64,000 nucleotides of DNA from the human T2T-CHM13v2.0 reference genome, Homo sapiens: assembly GCF_009914755.1 (NCBI RefSeq), contig NC_060934.1; one strand, written 5' to 3'. Numbering within the stretch: position 1 is the first letter of the stretch; every line of letters starts with the position of its first letter. Under the pieces are notes generated by a model. That model saw only the letters and a list, made by a program, of their open reading frames with translations, ran no database searches and was not told the origin of the DNA. Below, piece by piece: positions 12,265-25,954 of this stretch. A program made the translations under genes and the position numbers.

Positions 12265-14127
12265 AGGAATGTCATTGAGCACACTTTTGTATATTTTTTC
12301 ATGATTTAAATGCCTTCTTTTGTTCATTGCCTTTTCTTTCCTATTATTTTTTCTCTGCTGCATTATCTGTCACTTTCGCACAGTTGGCAGAAGTTTTTAT
12401 GAAATATTTGCTGGATATGGTGTTGTAAATGTCTTCTCTCACTCAGTCAGCTTGCCTTTTCAGCTTTAATGATGACCTTTAATGAACACAAATTCATAAT
12501 TTTAAAATAGTCAAGCTTATCAATCCTACCTATTTTAGTTCATAATTTTTATTTTCTATTTAAGAAAACATCCCCCACTCCAAGCCATGAAAACGCCATC
12601 TTACGTTATTTTCGAGAAGTGATGCCATTTTGCTTTTCACAGTCTGGTCTACATTTCAATCAGCCCTGCGTTATTTATAGAAAATGCCATCCTTTCCTCT
12701 CTGCTCTGCAGTGCTGCTGTGTCATAAGCCAGGTGTCTGTGTATGTTGTGTGTGTGGGTTTATTTCTGGACTTTTTATTTCTGTTTCATTGGTATGTGTA
12801 TCCTCACGTCAGTACCAGTTTGTGTTAATTACTTCAGCTTTATAATCAATGTGAATGTCAGGTGGAGTGAGGTATCCCATTATTCTTCCTCTTCCCGACC
12901 ATCCAGGCTAGCCTGGGTCCTTTGCCTTTCCATTTAAATTTTAGACTAAGCTTGTAAGTTCAACAGAAAACTTGTAATTTTAGTTGGACTGTTTTGAATC
13001 AATTTGCAAAAATTTGACATTTTATAATATTGCCTTTAAATCAAAAAAACATGGTTTATTTCTCTGTTAATTCAGGGTTTCCTTAATTTCTCTCAATCAT
13101 TTTTTAATGCATAAAGGTCTCGCATATTGTTTGTTAGATTCATTCTTAGGTACTAGATATATCTGACATTATTGTAAATAGGGTCTTTATAAAATGTATT
13201 TTTAAACTCTGACTAGGTAGAAATAGAGATCGTCTTTACTCATTGAATGTGTATGCAACAACTTTTCAAACCTCTCCTGCTCACTCTAATGGTTTGTTTG
13301 AACATAACTTTGAATTTTATTGTGCATACACAATCATATCATCTGTGAATAATAATAGTTTAATTTCTTACTCTTCAGTTATTATCATAAACACATTTTA
13401 TTGAAGTAGAAAAATTTTATCAAGCTAAAGTGGTTTCCTACTCTTTCCAGGTGGCTATGATTTAATTTTTGGTGTAAAATGGGCTGCTGGTCTTCTTGGC
13501 CTTGTTCTCTGGAGTAAAGATCAAGCCCCATGGAAGAGAGTGATCCGAAAGCCAGGGCTCACCTCCCCGAGTCACGTGTTTCTTCTGAGGCTGGATGCCA
13601 TGTCTTCAATACATTTTTAATATACATTCTGTCCAGTCTTTCTCATTGTTTCAATGAAGACCTGGTTCAGACTTCCTAATCTACCATTTCCAAAAGCGGA
13701 AATCTGTATTCTATTATTTTAACTTTATAAATTAGTCTTGCTTTGGTAAAATAACACAGTTAATGCTGGCTTTCATTTACTCATAGCTACTGCTCTGTTT
13801 TTTCACAGACGCATTTTCCACCTCAGAAACTCCTTCTGGAATCACCTTCCTTTCTTCCCAAAAGAAGTCTCCTTTGTGGGGTTCTATCGCCAATAAGTTC
13901 AAGATCTGTCAGTTGGAGGTGTCTTTGTTCTGCTCTGGTTCTAGGGGTTTTGTTGGGTGTGCCTCTCTAGACCGAGGAATAGTTCTCTTGGCACATCGAA
14001 GTCATCAGTCTCCTCTTTTCTGGCCACCATTGTTGCTGCTGAGAGAAGGCTGCCAGACTAATTGTCATCCAACTTTAGATTATTTCTCTTTTCTTTCTGG
14101 GTGCTTTTAAGACCTTCTTTGACCTTC

Positions 14128-14430
<303 letters not shown>

Positions 14431-15576
14431 CTTTTTTTTGACTTTTCTATAATTTCTGTATTGCAAGCTATAATGAGATTTCTTTTTATTTACTCTCTGG
14501 AATTCATTGTGTTTGTGATTCTGAGCATTTATGTTCTTCATGTGCATGGAAGCTTCCCAGACATTGTATCTGCAAATATTGCCTCTCTGCCAGTCTTTGC
14601 ATTCTGAAACTTCCATTAGATACGTGCTAGACTTCTCACCCGATGAGCCGTGTGCTAGGTTTCTGCATCTCGCCTGCCATCTCCTTCACATCTTCCATTT
14701 CTTTGTCTCTTGATGTGATGCTCTGGATACCTTATTGAGATCTGTTTTCCCATTCACCAATTATCTCTGCACCTGGTTTAATTGGCTGTTCAATCCTATG
14801 CATTTTAACTTTAACATATTATTAATTACTTCAAGAGTTTTTCTGTTTATTTTTAAATCTGCACGATCATTTATCTCTTATTGTTTGTTCATATTTTGTT
14901 TCTCTTTTGTTTGCTCATAGAATATATAATTATTTTATATTTCAAGTGTAACATTCTAATATCTGAACTTTTGGGGTCTGGTTCTGCTTTTTGTTATTTC
15001 TCCCAATTGTTGCTCAAGTTCCTTTATGTCCCTGTTTTATTACTTATTTATTGTTTGGTGTATTTGTTTCCTTATGATTGGGACTTCCCCTTTTTGGGGG
15101 AAAGATTTGGATTTGCTTCTTTCAGGAACCTGGGAGACTTCCTATCTGGGACCCTTTTAATTTGAATCTCAGCTTGTGTTGCTGCACCATGCAGACAGTA
15201 AGATGGCGATTCTCAAAGCCAACACATCAACATCTTGGGGGACTGCGTCCCATTGCACCCAGAGCCAGGGCCAGGAGACTCAAGTTCCCTTGCTCTCTTT
15301 GCTTGGAAGTTGAGATTGACTTTCATTTTCTGCCAGGATGTGGGCCTGCAGGGGTTCTGCCTTCCTATCCTGCCTCCCTGCAGGGGTGCGAGTCCCTGGA
15401 GGGCAGCATCCACCCTGGCTATTCACCAGACTTGGTGCTCATTTAGTTTTAAATATTGGCTCTGTTGGCAGCCGCTGAGTATTATCTTAATTTTTGAAAC
15501 TGATTTGCATACTTGAGACAATGTCTTCTGTATTTTTCCAGCACTGTTTAGATTTGTTGTGGTAGTAGAATACCTT

Positions 15577-16020
15577 GCAGTGGTTTTGTTCTGTGTTAAC
15601 TTAGCTAAGTTGACTTAGAAGTATTCCCATAATTCCCTTCCCTGTATATAGAATAGAATTGGCCAAAAGAAAAAGTTGAATAGAATTGGCCAAAAGGAAA
15701 AGTTGTATATAATTTTAGAAGATGGAAATAGAGTGAAAGCCATCGTGGTCAGATTGAGTGGCAGATACAGGGAATTCGGCAGCCACAAGCATGTCCTCCT
15801 TCTCCTTCAATCCAAGTTCGGCTGTGGTCCCTCATGACCAGCCCTCCAGGCCCACAGGGACCGACAGCAACCCCATGCCCTCCACCGGGCAGAGCATTGG
15901 CCTTCTATGTCCTTTGACACCAGCTCCCCCTTGCAGCCCCACTTGGACAACTGGATGTGTCTGGGTGCCCAAATTTCTCTGCAAACCACACTGTTGAGGT
16001 GGTGGGCTGCTGCCTTCCTG
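15577..16020 (+). mobile_element. ERVL LTR, MLT2 (MLT2F-like)
   Basis: TGTGTTAACTTAGCTAAG...TTCCCATAATTCCCTTCCCTGTAT...TTGGCCAAAAG resembles the MLT2E/F 5' end; 3' boundary uncertain. Confidence 0.55.
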
Positions 16021-16169
16021 ACCCTCCAGCTCTGTGCTGTATGCAGCATGGACTAGTTCCTGTGGTAATTGTTAGTCCACAACACTCACAGCATTTTTTC
16101 TTCCCAGAATGAAGGTTTCTGAGATGTCTGGTCTGCAATATTGCCCAAAACCGGAAGCCGAATGCAGAG

Positions 16170-16305
16170 ATTTTTGCATTTTGGGAATTCACAGATTTTT
16201 TGCAAATTTGATGACATTAAGGATCTTCACCTTAGAAAACAAGCAAAAGTATATACCAACAAAATGTGGCCTACATTTTAGGGATCATAAGTAAAGAATC
16301 TCTGA
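16170..16305. mobile_element. Small hAT-Charlie fossil (MER103-like)
   Basis: TCACAGATTTTTTGCAAATTTGATGA...TAGAAAACAAGCA...AAAATGTGGCCTACATTTTAGGG...TAAAGAATCTCTG resembles MER103C from memory. Confidence 0.4.
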
Positions 16306-16597
16306 TGAGTTGTTAGAGGCAAATACCTTTTTGACTATTGTCTAATGATAAAATCATAGAAACAAGTCAATCATCTGGCATGAAGTATTATATGTATTCG
16401 AATTTTCCCCATAACCTGTTTGCCTCTTTAAAAATATAAACTCACAGTTTTTGTCAACTTTCTAACATGAATTATGTATTTTTATGTCTCCTTTAAACCA
16501 CACTTGACATAATCTTCCCTTAGCTTAATGCTCAGGTTTGTCAAAAGTGTAAAATCTTGTAATATAAATATTTGAAGGAAATTGAAGATCATCTTTG

Positions 16598-16860
16598 ATC
16601 ATAGACTCAGTGTTGGAAGAGAAATTGTAGATTATTTAAATCCAACCTTTTCTGATGCTGGGCTGTTCTAATTTCCACTGGTGACTTCTGAATGGTGAGC
16701 CCTTCCAAAGGACTCACACACTGATGCTGGACAGCTGGAAAAAAACCTCCTGAGACTGATGGCCACGTTTCCCCCAAGGCTTCTATCCTTCAGCCTCCAT
16801 ACTCAGGGTCTAGAGCCTAATCGCTCTTCAGATGGCAGCCCTCTGGGCATTTACCGTCAG
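16598..16860 (-). mobile_element. Ancient CR1/L3-like (or MIR3) fragment
   Basis: ATCATAGAC...TTGGAAGAGA...ATCCAACC and CTGGACAGCT...ATGGCAGCCCT motifs. Confidence 0.35.
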
Positions 16861-18696
16861 CTCCCCTATATCTTCACAACCTTTCCTGTGGTGTTCCTCT
16901 CCCACCCCCCTTCCTATCCCCACGTGTAGGGGTTTTTAGTGCAGATCCATCCAGCCTGCTTGTCAAGGATGGCTTCTTATTTTGTGAATAGCTCTTTTGC
17001 CTGTGAAGCCTACACCCCAGCTCCTCAAATGAAGGGATTATTCCTTACTCATTTTAACCTTAAACATGAGCTGCATTGATGCTGGCTGCATTTTAGACAA
17101 ATGTGAGGGCAGGATCTCTCCCTAGTGGCGTGAATAAAAGCTGGTGGCAGTGTGAATGAAAACTGGGAAAGGCGTGTTTCTGTCTGGCTGTGGCTTATTG
17201 CTTAAAACCAATTGTTGTTCAAAGGAAATGAAGAACAAAATCTAAATGTTAATGACTTCAGCAAAGTGTCTGAAGAGGGATTACATTAGGCCTGGGGTAT
17301 GCTGAGGGACAGGGTAAGGGAATGTTTAAAAAAGGAAGGTGACATGGCAATTCCCTTCAGAGATCTAAGCAAGAAATTGTTAGGCAGGCAAAGTCCCTTC
17401 GTACAAGCTAGCACAAGCTTTGATGTTGCAAAAAATCATAACTTTAACTCATATAATGTATTTGCATTGGAATGAGTCAGTTGTCAAAATCAGAGTTGGG
17501 ATTGGCATGTGCAACATCTACTCTTAACCTCCATGTTGACATTTCTCGGGACAGGCTCGCCTACCATTGGCAGATGGCTCTAGCTTTCAAATAGTGAGCT
17601 AAGTTCAGGCACCTGCTGAATGGTTTTTGGCACAGAACATCATCACTATCATATTTCCAACTTGTCACATCAGTAAAATATGCTGTGATAGGAAAAAGAA
17701 TTTTGCTGCTTAAGGAGTGTAATTCAGAAACCCATATCCACCTTTGTCAGACATCACAACAGAGCAGATGGCTGTGAGAAGGAAGTCCTCACTTGACAAC
17801 CTTCCCTTTTCTTTAATTCCATGTGATTTGGTGGATTTTTCTGTTGGGGTTGGGGGTGGCTAGGAAACTAGGAGAGTGTTTTGTCAGGTCTATTACATGG
17901 GCTTCTGAAATGGACCTTGGGTAACCTCACATTTCATACCACATTATGCATTTGACTGAAAGGTGTCATATTTAGTAATTGTACTACTTTAAAACTGTCA
18001 TTCTGTCATACCCAATCTGTCCTTCATATAACGACAGGAGTTTTCTTTCTGAAGTACAGGTTGGATCAATTCACAGATCCTCAAAAACTTTCAGAGACAC
18101 TTGTAACCTTTTCTTAAACCACTTCTTTTGTTTGTTTTTAAATATCTCAATGGAGGTATATTTTGCGTCTTACATATATTGCTGTCTTCAAGTTTATAAG
18201 TCAATGATTTTTAGTAAGTTCGCAAAGTTGCTCCCCCATCACCACACATCAGCTTTAGAGCATTTCATCACCCAACATGATTCCTTGTGCTCATTCATCC
18301 GCCTACTCATCTGCTTTCTTTCTTTGTAGCTTTGCCTCTTCTGTATATTTTTTCTAAATCGAATCATGCGATGTGTAGAGTCTCGTGCCTGGCTTTGTTT
18401 ACTCAGTGTGAAGGTTTGCGGCTCATCCGTGTTCCAGCCTGTGTATGACATTCTTCCCTTCTGTTGCAGAACTGTATTCTGTTGTCTACTCATTTACGGC
18501 TGATGGACATTTGTGTTGTCAATTTTGAGGTATGATGAAAAGTGCAGCAATGAAACATGTAAAAGTTTTTGTGTAGATGTATATTTTCATTTCTCTTGTA
18601 TGGATATGTAAGCTTGAAATTGCTGGTTCATATGGTAAATGTACGCTTAACTTTTTAAGAAACTAACAAACTGGTTTCCAAAGTGGCCACACTAAC

Positions 18697-19053
18697 TGTA
18701 TTAGTTCGTTCTCACACTGCTAGAAAGACATACCTGTGCCTGGGTAATTTGTAAAGAAAGAGGTTTAATTAACACACAGTTTCACATGGCGAGGAGGCCT
18801 CAGGAAACTTACAATCATGGTGGGAGGTGAAGGGGAATCAAGGCGCATCTTACATGGCGTCAGGAGGGCGGGCAGGGGAAGTGCCACGCTTTCAGACCAT
18901 CCGATCTCATGAGAACTCACTCAATATCACGAGAACAGCATGGGGGAAACCATCCCCATGATTCAACCACCTCCCACCAGGTCCCTCCCTCAACACCTGG
19001 GGATTATGATTTGAGATGAGATTTGGGAGAGGACACAGAGCAAAACCATATCA
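18697..19053 (-). mobile_element. MaLR solo LTR, THE1 (THE1D-like)
   Basis: TGTATTAGTT...AAAGAGGTTTAATT...GGAGGCCTCAGGAAACTTACAATCATGG...AAACCATATCA; TG...CA termini; about 357 bp. Confidence 0.92.
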
Positions 19054-19176
19054 CCATCTTATCTTCCCACCAGTAATGTATGAGCATTCCAATTTTTCCA
19101 TAACCTCTCCAACATTTGTTGTTGTCTGTCTTTGTAAAATTATAGCTATTCTAGTGGATGTGAAATAGTATCTTGT

Positions 19177-19453
19177 GGCCGGGTGTGGTGGCTCACACCT
19201 GTAAGTCCAGCACTTTGGGAGGCCGAGGTGGGTGGATCAGAAGGTCAGGAGTTCCAGACCAGCCTGACCAACATGGTGAAACCCCATCTATACTGAAAAT
19301 ACAAAAATTAGCCAGGCGTGGTGGCGTGCATCTGTAATCCCAGCTACTCAGGAGGCTGAGGCAGGAGAATCATTTTAATCCGGGAGGCAGAGGTTGCAGT
19401 GAGCCCAGATCATGCTATTGCACTCCAGCCTGGGTGACAGAGTGAGACTGTCT

Positions 19454-19484
<31 letters not shown>
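19177..19484 (+). mobile_element. Alu (AluSg-like)
   Basis: GGCCGGG start, A30 tail, perfect 15-bp TSD GAAATAGTATCTTGT at 19162-19176 and 19485-19499. Confidence 0.97.
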
Positions 19485-19486
<2 letters not shown>

Positions 19487-19938
19487 AATAGTATCTTGTG
19501 GATTTAATTAGCATTTCTCTAATGACTAATTGTGTGGAGCATCTTTTCATGTGCTTATTAGTCATTTGTACATCTTCTGTGCAGAAATGTCTATTGAAAT
19601 TTTGTGCTGATGTTTTCATTGGGTTATCTTTTTATTCTTAAGTTGTAAGAGTTGTTTGTATATTCTGGACAGAAGACCTCTATCAGATATGTGTTTTGCA
19701 AATACTGTCCCCAGCCTATTGCTCGTTTGGCACCTTTCCCCAAAATCAATTGACTATAAATATAAGAATTTGTTTTCAGACTAGCAGTTCTGTTCCACTG
19801 AGCTATATGTCTATCCTTAAGCCAGATCATACTATCTTGATAATACTTCTAACAAACTTAGAAGTCTTTTAACTTTGCTCTGCTTTTTCAAAACTGTTTT
19901 GGCTATTCTATATCTTTTGGACTTCCATATTTTAAAAT

Positions 19939-21445
19939 TCGTATGCAACCAAAAAGGAGCCTGAGTAGACAAAGCAATCCTAAGCAAAAAGAACAAATCA
20001 GGAGGCATCACCTCATTAGACTCAAACTATACTACAGGGCTGTAGTCACCAAAACAGCATGGTACTGGCACAAAATAACAGATATATAGACAATGGAACA
20101 GAATAGAGAGCTGAGAAATAGTACCACACACCTATAGCCATCTGATCTTTGACCAAGCTGGCAAAAACGAGCAATGGGGAAAGAACTCCTTATTCAATAA
20201 ATGGTGCTGGGATAACTGGCTAGCCATATTCAGAACATTGAAACTGGACCTTTTTCTTATACCTTATACAAAATCAACTCAAGATAAATTAAAGCCTTAA
20301 ATGCAAAACTTAAAATTATAAAAACCGTGGAAGACAACCTAGCAAATACCATTCTGGACATAGGAACTGGAAAAGATTTTATGATGAAGATGTCCCAAGC
20401 ATTGCAACTAAAGCAAAAATTGACTAACGGGGTTTTGATTAAACCAAATAGCTTTTGCACAGCGAAAGAAACTATCAACAGAGTAAACAGACAACCTACA
20501 GGGTGGGAAAATATATTTGCAAACTATACATCTGACAAAGGTCTAATATCTGGCATCTATAAGGAACTTAAATTTACAAGAAACAAACAACCCCATTAAA
20601 AAGTGGGCAAAGAACATTAACAGACACTTTTCAAAAGAAGACATGCACACAGCCAACAAGCATATTAGAAAAAGCTTAAAATCACTGATCATTAGAGAAA
20701 TGCAAATCAAAATCACAGTGAGATACCATCTCACACCAGTCAGAATGGTTATTATCAAAAAGTGAAAAAATAACAGATGCTGATGCGGTTGTGGGGAAAG
20801 GGAATGCTTATTACACTGTTGGTGAGAGTGTTGGAGAGAGTTCAGCCATTGTGGAAGGCAGTGTGGTGATTCTTCAAAGAATTAAACAAGAATTTTCACT
20901 TGATCAGCAATACCATGACTGGGTATATACCCAAAGGAATGTAAATCATTCTACCATAAAGACACACGTATGAGTATGTTCCTCACAGCACTATTCACAA
21001 TAGCAAAGAAATAGAATCAACCTAAATGCCCATCAGTGGTAGACTGGATAAAAATAAATGTAGTACATACGCACCATGGAATACTAAGCAGCCATAAAAA
21101 ATAATGTGATCATGTAATTTGTAGCAACATGGATGGAGCTGGAGGCCACTATCCTGAGTAAACTAAAACAGGAACAGAAAGTCAAATGCTGCTGTTCTTA
21201 CTTGTAAGTGGGCACTAAATAATAAGAACACATGGACATAAAGAGGAGAACAACAGACACTGGGGCCTGCTTGAAGTTGGAGGCTGGAGGTGGGAGAGGA
21301 TCAGAACACATACCTATTGGGTACTACGCTTACTACCCGGGTGACAAAATAATCTGTACAACAAACCCCCATGACTTGAGTTTACCTATATAACAAGTCT
21401 GCACATGTACCTCTGAACCTTAAATAAAAGTTAAAAGAAAAAATA
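19939..21445 (+). mobile_element. 5'-truncated primate L1 (L1PA13-16-like): ORF2 3' end plus 3'UTR
   Basis: ORF2 remnant (ORF 20327-20599, [18 protein letters not shown]...); 3'UTR ends GCACATGTACC...AATAAAAG; ATTTTAAAAT repeated at 19929-19938 and 21446-21455. Confidence 0.9.
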
Positions 21446-21893
21446 ATTTTAAAATCACTTTGTCACCTTTTGCAAGAAAGCCCACTAGAATTTTGATAGA
21501 GACTGTGTTGAACCTAAAGGCCAATTTGTAGAGACTTGCTATTTTAACAACATTTAGTCTTCCAGTCCGTGAACTTGGATGGCCTTTCCATTTATTTAGA
21601 TATTAATTTCTCTCAGCAATATTTTGAAATTTTCAGTGCAACAGTATTGCATTTTTTTGGTTAATTTTATTCCTAAGTATTTTATCTTTTGTGATGATAT
21701 TGTGAACGGTATTCCTAATTTCATTTTTGGACTGTTTATATTTTGTATATAGAGATACAATTGTTATTTTCAGCTATATATTGATCCTGTATCTTGTGAC
21801 CTTACTATACTTATTAGCTCCAGTAAATTGTACATATTTAAAGTGTACAATTTGGTAAGTTTTGATATATGCATACATCTATACAATCATTGA

Positions 21894-22361
<468 letters not shown>

Positions 22362-22665
22362 AGACATACTCATTTTTATCTGTCTGCCTTCACTCACCAT
22401 AATTGTGGCAGATTCATTCATGTTGTTGCATGCGTCAATATTAATTATTTTGTATCAACCCTGAGAACTATTCCATTGTGTATACATACCACTGTATGCT
22501 TATCCACTCATCTATGGGTGAAACCATGCCCCAACCCCAAGTTTTTGGTTCTTATAAATAAAACTGCTGTGAACATTCATGTAAAAATCTTTGTAGGGCA
22601 TGTGCCTCGTTTACACCAGGGTAAACACTGGGGGGTACAATGGCAAGATCGTATGTTAAATGCAT

Positions 22666-22930
<265 letters not shown>

Positions 22931-24915
22931 AATGCGTGCTGAAATGTATGGAAAACTGCATTCTAAAGTGTTTGTACTGTTTCACATGCAGGAAAGTTCT
23001 AATTGCCCACATCCTCATTAATACTGGGTATGAGCAGTCTTATTAATTTTTGTCATTCCAATAGGTGTGTAGTGGTTTCTCATCATGGTTTTAATTTGCA
23101 TTTCCCTAATGACTAATGTTATTAAAGATATTTTATGTGATTACTTGCTATCCATATATCTTCTTTGATAAGGCACCTGCTCTAATATTTTGTCCACTTA
23201 AAAAATTGGGTTTTTATTTTTTATTGCGTTTTGAGCGTTCTCGATAGATTCTGGACATACATCCAGATGGATTCTGGATACATCCTCTGTCAGATGTGCA
23301 ATTTGCAAATACTTTGTCATGATACTTTTTCATGCTCTTAAACTGTCTTTGGAAGAACAGAAATGCATAGTTTTAATGAGTTCCAACTTATAATTTTTAA
23401 AATTTTATGTATTGTGCTTTAGGTACATTATCTGAGAAGTCTTTACCTAAAATTTTATTTTAACTGTATTTTCTTCCAGAAGCTTTAGAGTTTGAGTTTT
23501 ACATTTATGTCGTGGAACACTTGAGTTAAATTTTTGCATGATGTGAGGTAGCTTTCAAAGTTTATTTTTTGCATATAGAAGATTAATTATTTTCAGCACC
23601 ATTTGTTGAAAGCTATCCTTTACCCACTGAATGATTTTGCACCTTTGTGAAATTAGCGTCTGTACTAATGTATCTGTTGCAGGAATCTGTACTTCGTACC
23701 TTTGACTTGTCCATTTTGAAAGTTATAATACACATTTTGATTTCTGTAACTTTATAATAAGACTTCAAGTAGAGTGATTCCTCCAATATTATTCTTACTT
23801 TTTCAACATTCTTTTTCATTATTCTAGGTCCTTGCAATTTCATATGAATTTTCAAATCAATTTGTCAGTTTCAACAGAAAGCCTTATGAGATTTTGTTTG
23901 GGATAACATTGGATCTCTAAATCAATTTGGAGAAAATTGACATCTTAACAATACTGAGTCTTCTGACCTATGAATAATATGTATATTTTCATTTATTTAA
24001 GTCTTTAATTTCTCTTAGCAGTATTTTATAGTTTTCACTACATATATATTTTTGTTGGATTTATCTTTTTCATATTTTAATACTATTATAAACTATATAT
24101 TTTTAATTTAAATTTCTGAATATTTTTGCTAGGATATAGTAACGAAATTGATTTTCAAATATTGGTGTATTATCCCGCAACCTTGCTAAACTATTTTATT
24201 TTCCCTAGTAGCTTTTGTAGATTTCACTGAATTTTTGTTATCAGTGATCATGCCATCTAGGAACAAATACAGTTTTACTGCTTTGCCAGTCTGTATGCCT
24301 TTTATTTTTTGTTCCAGCCTGAGTGCACGGGACAGGACCTCTAATATTATTGAATAGACGTGGTGACCGTGAACATCCTTGTGTTATTCCTGATCTTAGC
24401 TGAAAAGCATTCACTGTTTCAGCATTGAGTATGATGTTAGCTGTAATTTTCTTATAGATGACCTCTATCTGGGTGAGGAAGTTTGCTTTTATTTCTTGTT
24501 TGCTAAGTTTTTTTTTAAGAAAGCAGACGTTGGAGTTTATAAAACACCTTTTCTGTTAAACTGAGATGATCATATAGCTTTTATTTTTCAGTTTGTCAAT
24601 ATGGTGACATATTGATTGATTTTCAAATGTTAGACAAACTTTATATTTATGGGATAAACTCTACTTGGTCCTGATATATTATTGTTTTAATATATTGGTG
24701 GATAGTATGCTAAAGTTGTGTTTAGATGATTTCTTCATCTATGTTTATGAGGGATATTTATCTATTCTTTTTTTCTGATGATATATTTTGAAATTGGGGT
24801 TGTTCTGGTCTCGAATAATGAATTGGGATGTATTACCTCCACTTCAATTTTATGAACATGTTTGTGGCGAACTGATGTATTTCTTTCTAACATATTTTCT
24901 ATAATTTACTAATAA

Positions 24916-25270
<355 letters not shown>

Positions 25271-25650
25271 ATGTATATAGTATTCTTAACTGCAAATTTG
25301 ATTTCTTAAATAGGTATAAGGCTATTAACATTGTCTATTTTTCAGTGAGCTTTGATAGTTTGTATCTTTCAATAAGTCTTTCATTTAATATATGCCTTCG
25401 AATGTATAGGCTTAAAGTTGATCATAATGTTTCCTGATTATTCTTTTAATACCTATTGATTGAGTTTACGGTGTCATCACTTCTCATTCCTATCTAGTAA
25501 TTTTTGTCTTCTGTCTTTGTTTCTTGATCAGTTTATCAATTATGTAATCTTAAAGAACTAGCTTTGGTTTTATTCATTCTGTTTTCTTTTTCTTCAGTTT
25601 CCATTTTTACCGTTTCTTTCTTCTGCTTTGGGTTTAATTTACCATTATTT

Positions 25651-25954
25651 AATTTAATTTATTAATTTATTTTGAGACAGAGTCTTTCTCTGTTGCCCAG
25701 GCTGGAGTGCATCGCTCGATCTCGGCTCACTGCAACCTCTGCCTCCAGGGTTCAAGCGATTCTCCTGCCTCAACCTCCTGAGTAGCTGGGATTACAGGCA
25801 CCCGCCACCACACCCAGCTTATTTTTGTAGTTTTAATAGAGGCAGGGTTTCACCACGTTGGCCAGGCTGGTCTCGAACTCCTGACCTCAAGTAATCCCCT
25901 CGCCTCTGCCTCCTTAAGTTCTGGGATGACAGGTGTGAGCCACCGCGTCCTGTC
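25651..25954 (-). mobile_element. Alu (AluSx/Sz-like)
   Basis: Full Alu; perfect 16-bp TSD TAATTTACCATTATTT at 25635-25650 and 25955-25970. Confidence 0.96.

Larger units (their letters stand above)
18135..21825 (-). mobile_element. L1MB/MC-type LINE (3'UTR into ORF2), host of a THE1 LTR, an Alu and an L1PA
   Basis: Reverse L1M 3'UTR from about 18140; host sequence resumes correctly after each insertion (e.g. TTCCATAT|...|CACTTTGTCA at 19930/21456). Confidence 0.75.

Noticed and set aside
20257-20973. ORFs resembling a reverse-transcriptase protein C-terminus (also 19410-19830, 23613-23855, 29419-29601, 52416-52748)
   Set aside because: Short, frameshifted or stop-interrupted remnants of L1 ORF2; no intact L1 ORF in the window.
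23248-23285. Small duplication and hairpin GATTCTGGACATACATCCAGATGGATTCTGGATACATCC
   Set aside because: Only about 16-18 bp with 6-bp arms inside decayed L1; ordinary micro-duplication.
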